The notes beneath the pieces were generated by a model that searched no databases, had not been told where the DNA came from, and worked only from the letters and a program-made list of their open reading frames with translations. Shown in pieces: positions 32,307 through 41,945 of a DNA stretch of 64,000 bases. The stretch's first letter is position 1, and each line of letters opens with the position of its first letter. The DNA lies in the NCBI GenBank assembly GCA_021797825.1, contig JAJZZA010000005.1:3765-67764 (forward strand), in the 5' to 3' direction. This DNA is from Bacillota bacterium. GTDB lineage: Bacteria; Bacillota; Sulfobacillia; Sulfobacillales; Sulfobacillaceae. A program made the position numbers and the translations under genes.

Positions 32307-33467
32307 TTACGGTTCGATGCGGCGGAAGCGAACGACGCTTAGCCAGCCCACGGCTACTACCCAAAGGGCCATCACCGCGAACGCCCAGACCAATCCTAAG
32401 CCCGCGACACCGGACTGCAGGGCAGTCTGCCCATTCCAGGCCGCCATCAAGTTGAAGTCGACCATGGGGTCCAGGCCGATCACGGCGCTGCCCGCCAATA
32501 AGTGCCAAAATCCGGTGGAAATCAGCAAAATCGTGCAGAGAAAAGCGGACATGCTAACGGTCCGGCTCAGGAGCGAGATGCCCGTCATGATCACCACCAA
32601 GGCGGCCAGACCCAAGATGGCCAAAAGCACGGCGGCGATGTCATACTGCCACTGGGAGACGATGAAAAAATGCTGCGCGGCCACCGGCAGGACGGTGGGT
32701 GGAGCCCCCGCAAACGAGTTTTTACTGGTCTGCATCCGGATGCCCAGCGCGTGCGGCGCGTAAGCCGGCCCCACCCCCATGACGATGCTGGCCAAGGCAA
32801 AAATGCCGACAGCCGAGGCCAGTGCCTGCAAGGCGACCAGGGCGCTGGTGGCCAGCACTTTGGCGGCCAAAATGCGCCCGCGCTGGAATCCGTGCAGGAA
32901 GAGAAAGGGGATGGTGTGGTCCTGACGCTCGCCGGAGACGGTGTCGTTGCTAAAACCGACCACCATCATGGCAAACATGATGACGGCGGGGCCGGAGAAG
33001 ACCAGGCCAAGCAGACGCAGCCCGCTGTCCCGGGCGGTGTTAAAGCGCGTGATGCCGTGCGCCAGGCGGTAGTGGTCCAACGCGATCAACAGGGCGGATT
33101 GGCCGGCGTTGGGACCCGAGCCCGACGCCTGGCTTAGCCGTTTTAAGTCGCTGGCGGTGCGCATGGTGCCGGTTTGGGGAGTGCTTTGCTCGATCTGCAC
33201 CTGTGCCGCCTCCTGTTGGGCCAGTTGTTGGCGCAACAGGGGTTTTTGTTTGGCGGAAGCGGTTTTCAGTTGCGCTTTGGTCTGTTGGATGGCTTGGGCT
33301 ATGGACGCGGCGGGAGACTGGGCGGACAATTGCTGCAACATGCTTTGTTCGGTACGCCAGGCGAACCCTACAGTCGCCAGGATGATGACCAGGGTTCCCG
33401 CGATAAAGAGGAATTTTTTGCGGGCCCAGATTTTTTCCCATTCGTTGCGGAAGATGAGACCAAACAC
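32307..33467 (-). CDS. ABC-2 type transporter permease with a long Gln-rich exported/coiled segment after TM1
   Basis: 386 aa. TM1 is KKFLFIAGTLVIILATVGFAW. It is followed by a ~140-aa Q/A-rich stretch and then 5 hydrophobic segments. It lies directly downstream of the ATPase gene. Confidence 0.7.
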   Translation of the reverse strand: MFGLIFRNEWEKIWARKKFLFIAGTLVIILATVGFAWRTEQSMLQQLSAQSPAASIAQAIQQTKAQLKTASAKQKPLLRQQLAQQEAAQVQIEQSTPQTGTMRTASDLKRLSQASGSGPNAGQSALLIALDHYRLAHGITRFNTARDSGLRLLGLVFSGPAVIMFAMMVVGFSNDTVSGERQDHTIPFLFLHGFQRGRILAAKVLATSALVALQALASAVGIFALASIVMGVGPAYAPHALGIRMQTSKNSFAGAPPTVLPVAAQHFFIVSQWQYDIAAVLLAILGLAALVVIMTGISLLSRTVSMSAFLCTILLISTGFWHLLAGSAVIGLDPMVDFNLMAAWNGQTALQSGVAGLGLVWAFAVMALWVVAVGWLSVVRFRRIEP

Positions 33468-33485
33468 CGATGCATCTCCCCCTCG

Positions 33486-34391
33486 TTATGTCTTGGATCG
33501 ACCGGCTATGGACAAATAGCGTTCCTCGAGTTGGGCAGCTGTCTCCGCGACCCGATAAATGCGGATACCCGCGGTAGTGAGGCGGACCACGATGTCCGGA
33601 ATGCTCTGGTACGCAATATTGAGTCGGATCTGGTTGGCGACCCTTCCCGGGGTCGGTTGCCAGGCGGCCAAAATCGCCAGCGCTTCATCCACCGGATCCA
33701 CTGTCAGCTCGATTTGGGTCGCGGAGCGTTCGATCAATCCCGTGGACTCTTCACTGACCAGACGGCCTTCCTGGATGATCAGCACCCGGGTGCAGAGTTG
33801 TTCCACTTCGCTCAGCAGGTGTGAGGAGAGCAGGATGGCGACGCCATCCGCCGCGAGTTGCTGCAGTTGCTGGCGCAAGTCGCGCATGGCTTCGGGATCC
33901 AGGCCGTTCATCGGTTCATCCAGCACCAACAAACGGGGGTCTTGCAACAGGGCGAGGGCTAGCGCCAGTCGCTGGCGCATGCCGAGCGAGTACTGGCGAA
34001 CCGGCCGATGGGCGGCATGATCAAGACCAACCTGTTCGAGTCGTTCCATAATCCGGGTGCGATCTTTGTCCAGGTTGCGCAGGCGCACGGCCTGGCGGAT
34101 ATTCTGAAATCCGGTCAGATATCCATAAAAGCGCGACTCCTCCACGATGGCCCCGGTATGGGCCAACGCTCCGGCGCGGTCGTGTAGGACCGACACGCCG
34201 TTAATCCAGATCTCGCCCCGATCCGGGCGGATCAGTCCCAACACCATGCGGAGCGTGGTGGTCTTGCCCGCCCCATTGGGGCCAAGCAGGGCAACAGCCT
34301 CTCCGGCTTCGATGCAGAACGCGATGTCGGAAACCCCGGTCCCCGCCGCAAAACGTTTGGCAATCGCTTTCAGTTCCAATACCGACGGCAC
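33486..34391 (-). CDS. ABC transporter ATP-binding protein
   Basis: Walker A GPNGAGKTTT, signature YSLGMRQRL and Walker B LLVLDEPMNGLD are present. GTG 34391 has AGGAGG 6 nt upstream, which I prefer over the track start 34436. Confidence 0.9.
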   Translation of the reverse strand: MPSVLELKAIAKRFAAGTGVSDIAFCIEAGEAVALLGPNGAGKTTTLRMVLGLIRPDRGEIWINGVSVLHDRAGALAHTGAIVEESRFYGYLTGFQNIRQAVRLRNLDKDRTRIMERLEQVGLDHAAHRPVRQYSLGMRQRLALALALLQDPRLLVLDEPMNGLDPEAMRDLRQQLQQLAADGVAILLSSHLLSEVEQLCTRVLIIQEGRLVSEESTGLIERSATQIELTVDPVDEALAILAAWQPTPGRVANQIRLNIAYQSIPDIVVRLTTAGIRIYRVAETAAQLEERYLSIAGRSKT

Positions 34392-35131
34392 CCTGTGACC
34401 TCCTGTCAGGCACTTTGTGGGGGAGACGGCACACACTTCCCCTTACAATAACGGGCCATTATGGATATATGTTACAGATCGTGGCCGGCGTCCGTGAAAA
34501 ATTTGCGCCGTCACCGGCGGCGAAGAGGGAGCGGCGGCCGTTTTGCCCCAGTGTTCGGCGTCAAAGATAAGAGGTTCCGGGTTGGGGGTGCTTGCTTTGC
34601 CGAGCGGCGTCTTGCCCCCGGCGTCCCCAATCGGTCGGGGCATCCCGCGGACCGCGGGGCGGAACCAGGCGAGTTGGCCCTCTTTTGGTGCGCAAGGGCT
34701 TTTCGGCGCGGTTCGATTGGCGGCGGGTGCGCTTGATCCGTAAAATGGGCGATTGCGGAACCGGGAAGCAATGCGGCATATGATGGGGCAAAACCGGGTT
34801 TGTTAGTAGTCGGAAGCAGCAGCTAGTCCCCACTTGAGCGGGAAGGCACACCGGTGAGACGCGCCCTGCGCAGGAAAACGGGAGCCGCGAGCCCTGTGGC
34901 CCGAACCAACCGGAGCACCCGGTTTGCGTCAATCGGGCGCAACGCCCGAGAGAAATGCGGTGCGGGTTGGGCCTCTGCCAGGAGAAAGCGTTTCGGGTTG
35001 CGAGAAAGGCGTCTCCCAGTCAACCGCAATCTCCGTGGGGCTTCCATCATGCGGGATTGCGGACTGCGCCAGGTTCTCAGGGATGGGTGGCCAAAGCGCT
35101 CATGCTGCCCGACCCGGGCCAGGCATCGGCC

Positions 35132-36445
35132 TTAGCGTCGGCCCCATTGCAAAAGGGTTTGGATGATGATGTTCAGGTCTCTCAGCCAGTTCCAGGTTTT
35201 GGCGTAGTGGACATCGTAGGTGGCTTTCTCCTCGGCCGACGACCGGTAGGTGCCGGCGACCTGGGCTAAGCCGGTCAGGCCCGGGGTGGTGAGGTGGCGC
35301 AGATCATAATGGGCGATGTCCCGCCGGAAATCGTCGACAAAGACGGGGCGTTCGGGTCTCGGACCCACCAACGACATGTCACCGGCCAGGATATTCCAGA
35401 GCTGCGGGAGTTCGTCGAGGTGGGTGGTCCGCAACAGCCGACCAAGCCGGGTCACTCTCGGATCCTCCACGTCGGCGGACAGCACGGGTCCGGTGGAGGC
35501 TTCGGCGTTGGGAATCATGGTGCGAAACTTGACCAGCCGAAAGACCCGTCCGCCGGCGGTGACACGGTCTTGAAAAAAGAGCACAGGGCGGCCGGAATCC
35601 AGTAAGATGGCCAGGCCGATCGCGAGGTAAAGCGGCAGCCCGGCGACCAGACCCAAAAGCGCGATGACTACATCGGCCGCGCGCTTAAAGACCGCCGACC
35701 CGTGCCGGACCTTAAACGCCGCCAGCGAGAACATCGGCGCATCGCCCAGGCTGGTCATTTCCGCCCCGGCCACCAGCACGTCATAGCTGTCGGGCGTCCA
35801 TAGACAGGGAAGGCTTCTGGCCATGGCGGCCAAGAGATAGGGTTCGCGTTCGTCTTTGGCAACCCGGCCGATGACCACGGCACCGATGCCGTCCATTAAG
35901 GCGTCCGTCAACGGCGTCTCGGGGGTCGCCGTGCGGATGGTGATGCTTGGGAGAAATTGGCCGGCACGTACGGTCAGGTCGCCCCATTCCGACTCGGGTC
36001 CGACTACCAACACGGCAACCGAGGGAGCCGAACGCAGCATATAGGAGCGGTGCAGCAGGTGCCACACGCCGTAGAGCGGAATTTGGACGACGGAGGAAAT
36101 CAGGAAGACGGACCGCGGGTAGCCGATGTTGACGATTAAATAAGTCAGGGCCAAGGTCAGAAAGCTGTTGAGGATGACGGCGGTCACCACCGCGCTTTTC
36201 ATTTCAGTGGACGTCTTATTGGCGTAATGATAAAGGCCATAGACATAAAAGACGATGAGCAGCGACGCGCTTTCCCAAGGCAGGATGCGGAGATAGGCCT
36301 GCCAGTTGTAGGCGGGGGGCCAGGCATGGAAACGAAGCCAAAATGCCACCGTATTCGAAAAGTTGAGCAAGAGAAGGTCGACCAGCGCCACCATCATCTT
36401 GACCGAACGTTTTCGGAAATGCCGCAATCCCGTCACCTGCCTCAT
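35132..36445 (-). CDS. undecaprenyl-phosphate sugar phosphotransferase (WbaP/EpsL-type priming glycosyltransferase)
   Basis: An N-terminal membrane block is followed by GRPVLFFQDRVTAGGRVFRLVKFRTM ... DELPQLWNILAGDMSLVGPRPERP. ATG 36445 (AGGAAG 5 nt upstream) is preferred to TTG 36487. Confidence 0.9.
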   Translation of the reverse strand: MRQVTGLRHFRKRSVKMMVALVDLLLLNFSNTVAFWLRFHAWPPAYNWQAYLRILPWESASLLIVFYVYGLYHYANKTSTEMKSAVVTAVILNSFLTLALTYLIVNIGYPRSVFLISSVVQIPLYGVWHLLHRSYMLRSAPSVAVLVVGPESEWGDLTVRAGQFLPSITIRTATPETPLTDALMDGIGAVVIGRVAKDEREPYLLAAMARSLPCLWTPDSYDVLVAGAEMTSLGDAPMFSLAAFKVRHGSAVFKRAADVVIALLGLVAGLPLYLAIGLAILLDSGRPVLFFQDRVTAGGRVFRLVKFRTMIPNAEASTGPVLSADVEDPRVTRLGRLLRTTHLDELPQLWNILAGDMSLVGPRPERPVFVDDFRRDIAHYDLRHLTTPGLTGLAQVAGTYRSSAEEKATYDVHYAKTWNWLRDLNIIIQTLLQWGRR

Positions 36446-36513
36446 TGCATCTTCCTGTATTGTGGTGGATCCGACAGGTTTCTTCAACCGATTAAGGATG
36501 AAAACTTTGCAAA

Positions 36514-36542
36514 TTCTTACGAAAAAATGGAAATCCGTTTAA
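36514..36542 (-). promoter_or_regulatory. candidate sigma-A-type promoter of the priming transferase gene
   Basis: On the minus strand the sequence reads TTAAAC, a 17-nt spacer, then TAAGAA, within an AT-rich island (36490-36545). Confidence 0.3.
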
Positions 36543-37101
36543 TTGACCAAGAAGGAGCGGCGATTGCGGAAAACCTGGGCATGCTACAGAGGGTCTGGCA
36601 GGAATGAAAGGGATGGACCACCCGTGTCAGGGGGTACCCGATGGTTAAGGGGAATTGGCCTGGGGCACCGTTCGGCAAGCGATGCCGGCGCTGACCCGGA
36701 GGGAGGAGTTGGAACGTCGCGGCGGAGCGGTGACGGCTCTGGCAATGTCTGCTCCGATGGCGGCAAAGCGTAGCGGACGGCGTGCCTTATCCGGTGCCGG
36801 AACCGGCCGATGGGTTTGGTCAACGGCTGACAACCGCGGGCACCGGGTAATCCCTTCGCGTGTGATGGCGATCCCCTAAACCGGCGACCAGGGCGCTGGG
36901 GGGTGACTACGCCAAACACTTTCAGCGAGGGCCAGCCCTGGGGATGGGCGAGCGCGGGGGAGACGGTCATGGACCAGGCCATTCGCCTGTCTCAGACATA
37001 TTTCGGATAATATGCCATAATCACGGGCCTGCCCACCACTTCCACGCTGTCCTGAGTTCCTGGCTTGTGTCACATCCTGTCACAAGTCGACGGCAGAAGT
37101 G

Positions 37102-37110
37102 TGATATAAT
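37102..37110 (+). promoter_or_regulatory. extended -10 element TGATATAAT upstream of the PPIase gene
   Basis: This is a perfect TGnTATAAT, 36 nt upstream of ATG 37146. Confidence 0.45.
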
Positions 37111-37145
37111 GGACGCCATGTGCATTGAAAGGAGTCGGATGTCAT

Positions 37146-38096
37146 ATGCGAAGCAAGACAAGTCCGCTCGTGCTGGCTGGAATGGTTGCGGTGTTGGGCG
37201 CGGTCAGCGCAGGATGCGGAACCCAGGCGGCATCGGCGCCCAAGCCGACGCCTCTGGCTGTGGTGAACGGGCAGGCGATTACCCAAAGCGAGTGGCAAGC
37301 GGCCGTGGCCACCACGGATATCCTGCAAGGGGCCAAACTTCCTACGACGACGGCGGCCAAAAAGCAACAGGTGACCGAGTTGGCGCAACAAGCGGCGGTT
37401 AATCAATGGGCGCTGCATAACCACATCATTACCGCCAAAACCGCCTCCCAAGAGGCCAGTGCCTTTGTCAGCCAGAATGTGGCTTCGATGTTGGGAGGAT
37501 CCTCGAAAATCGCCGCGGCGCTGAAACCCTATCACGTCACCGAAAGCCAGGTGCAGAGTTTTTTGACCCAGGAAATGATTCTGCAGGCGGCGTTCTCCAA
37601 GGCAACCGCCAAGATCACCTCGCTGCCCAAAGGGACCGGCACCGCGTATTACAATGCGCACAAGTCGCAGTTCGTCACGCCTGCCCAAGCCGAAGTGCGC
37701 ATGATTTTGGTCAAAACCCAGGCGGAAGCGCAGAAGCTGCTGGGGGAGATTAAGGCGGGCAGCAGTTTTAGCGCGCTGGCCAAGAAATACTCGTTGGATC
37801 CCAGCAAAGCTCAAGGAGGATCGCTGGGATGGGTGGATCTCGGGGCCCAATCCGGCTTTGTTCCGGCCTTTTATCAAGAGATGGACAAGTTAAAGGCGGG
37901 ACAGTACGGCATCGCCCACACCCAGTTCGGTTGGCACGTCATTGAGGTGCAGGCGCTTAAGCCCAGTGCCCAGCAGTCCTATGCGACGGTTAAGAGCCAG
38001 GTGCAGCAGTCGCTGCTGCAGCAAAAGAAAAATGCGGCGTTTACTGCGTTTGTGACCGGATTGATGAAAAAGGCGCGAGTCACCTATCACGATTAA
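37146..38096 (+). CDS. lipoprotein peptidyl-prolyl isomerase (PrsA/SurA-like, parvulin domain)
   Basis: MRSKTSPLVLAGMVAVLGAVSAGC carries a lipobox. The parvulin region is ILVKTQAEAQKLLGEIKAGSSFSALAKKYSLDPSKAQGGSLGWV ... FGWHVIEV. Confidence 0.85.
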   Translation: MRSKTSPLVLAGMVAVLGAVSAGCGTQAASAPKPTPLAVVNGQAITQSEWQAAVATTDILQGAKLPTTTAAKKQQVTELAQQAAVNQWALHNHIITAKTASQEASAFVSQNVASMLGGSSKIAAALKPYHVTESQVQSFLTQEMILQAAFSKATAKITSLPKGTGTAYYNAHKSQFVTPAQAEVRMILVKTQAEAQKLLGEIKAGSSFSALAKKYSLDPSKAQGGSLGWVDLGAQSGFVPAFYQEMDKLKAGQYGIAHTQFGWHVIEVQALKPSAQQSYATVKSQVQQSLLQQKKNAAFTAFVTGLMKKARVTYHD

Positions 38097-38108
38097 GGAG
38101 AGGGCAAA

Positions 38109-38131
38109 GCGGCCGCAAGGCCGCTTTTTTT
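38109..38131 (+). terminator. rho-independent terminator shared by convergent genes
   Basis: GCGGCC-GCAA-GGCCGC is followed by T7. AAA precedes the stem, so it could also function for the minus-strand NDH-2 gene, whose stop is at 38131-38133. Confidence 0.8.
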
Positions 38132-39249
38132 CAAGACCGGGACCAAAACCGTCTATAGCGGCCAGCCATCGCGAAAACCCGCGCCAGTTTCTGACGATAC
38201 TGATGAAACGACAGATTTTTTAACGTGCGGGCCCCGTAGCCTCGAAGGGGAATGCCGCCGGTGAGCACCCAGCCCACCCCCTTGCCGGGATCCAAGGAGA
38301 TGAGCATGCCGCGAATTTTGGGGCGAAAGGGCGGGATCTGCGTCTCGCCCGCAATCCGCCGGGTAATGACCTCTCCGACGTAGGCGCCTGCCAGACTGGC
38401 TACTTGCGCGGTTTGGGGAATGTCTTCACCATCCACCGACACCCGCCAAATATCCCCGGCGGCGTAGACCCGCGGCAAAATGGCACCGTACGGGTCGGTG
38501 ATAGGATAGCCTTTGGCATCGAGCGGCAGCGGAGTCTGCCGGAGCCAGCGGGGCGGGGCGATGCCGCCCGCCCAAATCAAGACGTCATACGCCAAGTGAT
38601 CCCGTTCCAGCAACAGGCGGTCCGGGGTGACCTCCACCAGTTTCTGACGAAACATGAGCCGCACTCCCGCTTGGCTGAGCTGCTGTGCGGCGTAGGCCGC
38701 CAGTCCCACCCCCAAGGCGGGAAGCAGCCGGGAAGCCGCTTCCACCAGCCAAACATCGTGGTCATCGGCCAGGGTTCCGGCCACTTCCACCCCGGTCAAC
38801 CCACCGCCCACCACCACCACCCGTTGGTCGCGTCCGTAACGGAGCGCATCCTTAATGGTCCGTGTGTCCTGGGCGTTTCGCAAGGGACGCGAAATGGCCT
38901 GAAATCCGGGAATGGGGGGATACGCCGGAACCGAACCCGGAGCCAGTACCAACCAGTCGTAACCGATACGGCGGCCGTCCGCCAAAATCACCTGTTGCTC
39001 GTCGACCGCCAGGTTGCTCACCGCCTGCTGTACATGGGCCACGTCCAGATTGGCCAAAAGGCGTTCAAAGGGCACGATGTGGCTTTCGATGACATCGTGT
39101 TGGCGAAGCGCCTCCGGCAATTCCGGGATGAGCTCATGGCCCATGCTGGGATCAATCAGCACGAGATCCCGGTCCGGTAGATTGTGCAGAACCCCTAACG
39201 CGCCCAGTCCCGCATAGCCGCCTCCAACCACAACGATTTTTTCCCTCAT
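38131..39249 (-). CDS. type II NADH:quinone oxidoreductase-like FAD/NAD(P)-binding oxidoreductase (NDH-2)
   Basis: KIVVVGGGYAGLGA and RVVVVGGGLTGVEVAG are two dinucleotide-binding motifs, and YAAGDI is also present. GAAGGGG lies 6 nt before ATG 39249. A TATAAT hexamer on the minus strand (39335-39340) is a possible -10. Confidence 0.85.
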   Translation of the reverse strand: MREKIVVVGGGYAGLGALGVLHNLPDRDLVLIDPSMGHELIPELPEALRQHDVIESHIVPFERLLANLDVAHVQQAVSNLAVDEQQVILADGRRIGYDWLVLAPGSVPAYPPIPGFQAISRPLRNAQDTRTIKDALRYGRDQRVVVVGGGLTGVEVAGTLADDHDVWLVEAASRLLPALGVGLAAYAAQQLSQAGVRLMFRQKLVEVTPDRLLLERDHLAYDVLIWAGGIAPPRWLRQTPLPLDAKGYPITDPYGAILPRVYAAGDIWRVSVDGEDIPQTAQVASLAGAYVGEVITRRIAGETQIPPFRPKIRGMLISLDPGKGVGWVLTGGIPLRGYGARTLKNLSFHQYRQKLARVFAMAGRYRRFWSRS

Positions 39250-39715
39250 AGCTAGCCCCTTCTGCGCGCCGCAAATCCGTTCCGTGCGTGGTCTGCCCGG
39301 TAACGACTGGCGGATGCATGTAGTAACCTAGTCATTATACAAATTCTTGGGAGCGGTGTTGCGCGACAACGCCGACTGCCGGTTGCCCGCGGTCGAGTGC
39401 TGGATGGGAATGGTATTGTGACAAAAAGCACAATGTTCTGGAAGGCGATTTCAGCAAATGCGGGTGCGATCCAGCTTTAGGGGTTGGATGCGTGCTGTTG
39501 CGCCAAATGGGTGGAGGTGCTGAAATGGTGGGAATGCGGAGGAGCAGATAAAGTAAACGGGGCCTGGCCCGGGGTTTGCCGGGGCAGGCCGCCGTGAGGA
39601 GTTTGGGTTGGTCGAGGGCACTGGCATATGGCCCCCGCCAAACCCGGGGGCAGAGGACCGCCGGCAAACGTCTCCCTGCCTCCCGGGATAATGGGTCGAG
39701 TCGTCCCCCGCATGG

Positions 39716-40279
39716 TCAAGGCGAGTCGCTCGCCGGATCGGAGGCGGGTTCCCCGCCGATTTCCTGCGAGGCTCCGGTGGTGGTGCACGAAGCCTGCGAG
39801 GGGGGATAGGCGGCTTGCGACAGGACCGTGTCGGCTTGTTGCAGGGTCAGTGCGGACGGCAGTAAGCCGGGCAGCGGGATGATGGGATGATAGAGATATT
39901 TTATGGTGACCGTAATGTCCTGATTGGCTCCGGTCACGGTGGTCGGGGCCGGATCGAGCAGATTTCTGGGCGCTCCCGCCGAATTAAGATCGGAGAGCCC
40001 AAATCCCTGGTTGATCTGGGCGTCAACCTGTCCATAGACGGTTTGGCTGTCGGCGGCGTCGCCCGGGCACCCGATGGGATAGCCAATCAAGGCAGCCCGC
40101 GCTCCGACCCGGGCGGCCTGTTCGACGGTGACATTGGCATTGATATAAAGACCATAGGTGATGATGCCCAGCAACAGGAAGACCAACAACGGAGCTGCCA
40201 GCGCGAACTCCACTAAAGCCTGTCCCGACCGGCGCGTATCACGGACATTGGGAGCCCATAGGCCCCTCGGGGATTTCAA
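39716..40279 (-). CDS. TadE-like (Flp-pilus pseudopilin-type) protein
   Basis: RRSGQALVEFALAAPLLVFLLLGIITYGLYINANVTVEQAARVGARAA is the TadE N-terminal signature. TTG start with AAGGA 9 nt upstream. Confidence 0.7.
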   Translation of the reverse strand: MKSPRGLWAPNVRDTRRSGQALVEFALAAPLLVFLLLGIITYGLYINANVTVEQAARVGARAALIGYPIGCPGDAADSQTVYGQVDAQINQGFGLSDLNSAGAPRNLLDPAPTTVTGANQDITVTIKYLYHPIIPLPGLLPSALTLQQADTVLSQAAYPPSQASCTTTGASQEIGGEPASDPASDSP

Positions 40280-40315
40280 TTCATCACGTCCTTAACAGGT
40301 TAATAGGGACAGCAA

Positions 40316-41695
40316 CTACCGAATCAGGGTGATCTGGTTGACCGGCATCGTTGCGACCGACGTCGGCGGTGTGACGGTTAATCCACCGCTCAACTCTAAA
40401 TAATGAGCCACCACGGACGAGTTGACGAACGCTGAATTATGACCTCCAAAATGAATATTACCCGCCGGATCATAAACGTCGCCGTTGGTCAGCGACGTCG
40501 CGCCATCGAAGGACATGGTGCTGAGGTCGTTGGAGCAACTGCCGCTGGCCGGCGGGACCGTGGCCGTGGTCAGGGCCGAGACGGGCATGGCCGCCAAAAT
40601 CCACCGAGCACCGCTCGAGATCCCGTTGCCGCTGACCGTGGTGGCCCCGGCGAAGGTCATGTTGCCAAACGACACGACCGCTCCCGCCATGCTGAGAGAC
40701 CCTAGGCTGCTGTGAAAACGCACGTTGCCGTCGACGGCGAACTGGCCGTTGACCGTGCAAGCGCTGGCGGTCGAACACGCTGCGGGCGTAAAATATCCCC
40801 CGCTGCCGGTCTTGTAAACCCAGCCGTTTTGAGCCGCGTTGGCTTGCGTAATCTCGGTGTAGCCTTGCTTGAGCAGGTCGCCCAGAGTCCAAATCGGGGG
40901 TGTAATGGGCGGAGCGAAAAACGGCGTGGGGGTGGCCGAGGAGCCCGATTGGCTGGCGGTGGTGATCCAGGTGCCGGGACCTCCCATGGCTTGAGACGAT
41001 GAGACGATGATGTTGTTGGAATGGACCCAGACCGGGTTGGCCGACGATGCGTTGGAACTGTTGCCCTTGATTTTCAACGCAATGCCGCTGGTCGACGCAC
41101 CCGAGGGCGCGAGGTGGCAACCCTGGAAAAGGGTATAGTCAAACTGGCTGTTGGCGGATGCCGCACCCAGCGCCCTGACCGTAAAGGTTTTGATGCCAAA
41201 GACCCCGGCGAAACCGCCCGCGACGGTTTGTTGGGCGGTAACCACCACCGATAGCGGCAAGATATTGGCTCCGGGGTGGGAGGCATCGTAAGCACTGCCC
41301 ATTTGCACCACCACATTGCTGGACGAGGCGTCGTCGAGCGCGACGATGTTTCTTGCCTGACTAAAGGATGTCGAGGGATTGTACATATACTCTTGCGCAC
41401 CGGCGCGGGCTCCCGCGTCGACGGCGTTCTGCAGGTCGGTCTTGGCGAAATAGACGGTGCCAATGGTGACTCCGGCCGCCGCCATGCCTAACAACACCGT
41501 CATGCCCAGCACCACAATCACCAGCGACTGCCCGGATTGGGCCCGCGTCGGGATGCGCCAATTCATCGTTTGAATATCCGCCAGTTTGGTTGAAATGGTC
41601 CGTATCCATTGCATTAGGAAGCGCGTGGCCCGGAGCGGGCTGCCCCTTTCGGCTCGCTTGCCGCCAGTTATCCATTGGGCGAATGGCCGTTTCAC
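40316..41695 (-). CDS. TadG-like N-terminal domain protein with a long Ser/Gly/Asn/Thr-rich, probably beta-helical, C-terminal region
   Basis: GQSLVIVVLGMTVLLGMAAAGVTIGTVYFAKTDLQNAVDAGARAGAQE is the TadE/G-like pilus assembly N-domain pattern. GTG 41695 has AAAGGAGGTG 5 nt upstream and is preferred to the track start 41731. Confidence 0.65.
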   Translation of the reverse strand: MKRPFAQWITGGKRAERGSPLRATRFLMQWIRTISTKLADIQTMNWRIPTRAQSGQSLVIVVLGMTVLLGMAAAGVTIGTVYFAKTDLQNAVDAGARAGAQEYMYNPSTSFSQARNIVALDDASSSNVVVQMGSAYDASHPGANILPLSVVVTAQQTVAGGFAGVFGIKTFTVRALGAASANSQFDYTLFQGCHLAPSGASTSGIALKIKGNSSNASSANPVWVHSNNIIVSSSQAMGGPGTWITTASQSGSSATPTPFFAPPITPPIWTLGDLLKQGYTEITQANAAQNGWVYKTGSGGYFTPAACSTASACTVNGQFAVDGNVRFHSSLGSLSMAGAVVSFGNMTFAGATTVSGNGISSGARWILAAMPVSALTTATVPPASGSCSNDLSTMSFDGATSLTNGDVYDPAGNIHFGGHNSAFVNSSVVAHYLELSGGLTVTPPTSVATMPVNQITLIR

Positions 41696-41751
41696 AGTTC
41701 CACCTCCTTTGATCCCTTTGGGATTCGACACGATTCCAGGGAATCCCTTTA

Positions 41752-41781
41752 ATTATAGGGGATATTTTCATAATTTGACAT
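41752..41781 (-). promoter_or_regulatory. candidate promoter of the TadG/TadE-like pair
   Basis: On the minus strand the sequence reads ATGTCA, an 18-nt spacer, then TATAAT, in an AT-rich island. The leader contains GGGATTC...GAATCCC (7-bp inverted repeat) and a duplicated AAAGGGAT. Confidence 0.4.
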
Positions 41782-41945
41782 AGAGCGAGGTGACGAGGCT
41801 CGGGGTGCCCGGCATCCGCCCGGGCCGGGCGGGCACACTGAGGATCGCGCGGTTCGGCGGCGAGCGGAACGGGAGATGCCACGGGAGTGAAGAAGGGGTA
41901 CGGGTCAGGGTCCATCCCCAGCTAGCCGACTGCGCGCTGCCCCGG

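Noticed and set aside
32305-32325. GGTTCGAT T-loop-like strings (also at 34708-34716) as possible tRNA genes
   Set aside because: No complementary acceptor or T-stem arms and no cloverleaf could be drawn around either site.
34800-34930. GGAAGCAGC (SRP-RNA-like) and GGGAAGGCACACCGGTGAGAC (cobalamin-riboswitch-like) strings
   Set aside because: Only short fragments match. The B12 box, the GCCACTG element and the SRP domain IV symmetric loop context are absent.
36560-36900. GC-rich 340 nt in the divergent region between the priming transferase and the PPIase genes; considered as RNase P, cobalamin or c-di-GMP riboswitch RNA
   Set aside because: The universal RNase P GGAAAGTCCGG element is absent, and there is no convincing cobalamin or GEMM core. 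I have no evidence beyond GC-rich self-complementarity.
37080-37877. 265-aa minus-strand ORF
   Set aside because: It is antisense to the PrsA-like lipoprotein gene, which has a lipobox, a parvulin motif, a promoter and a terminator.
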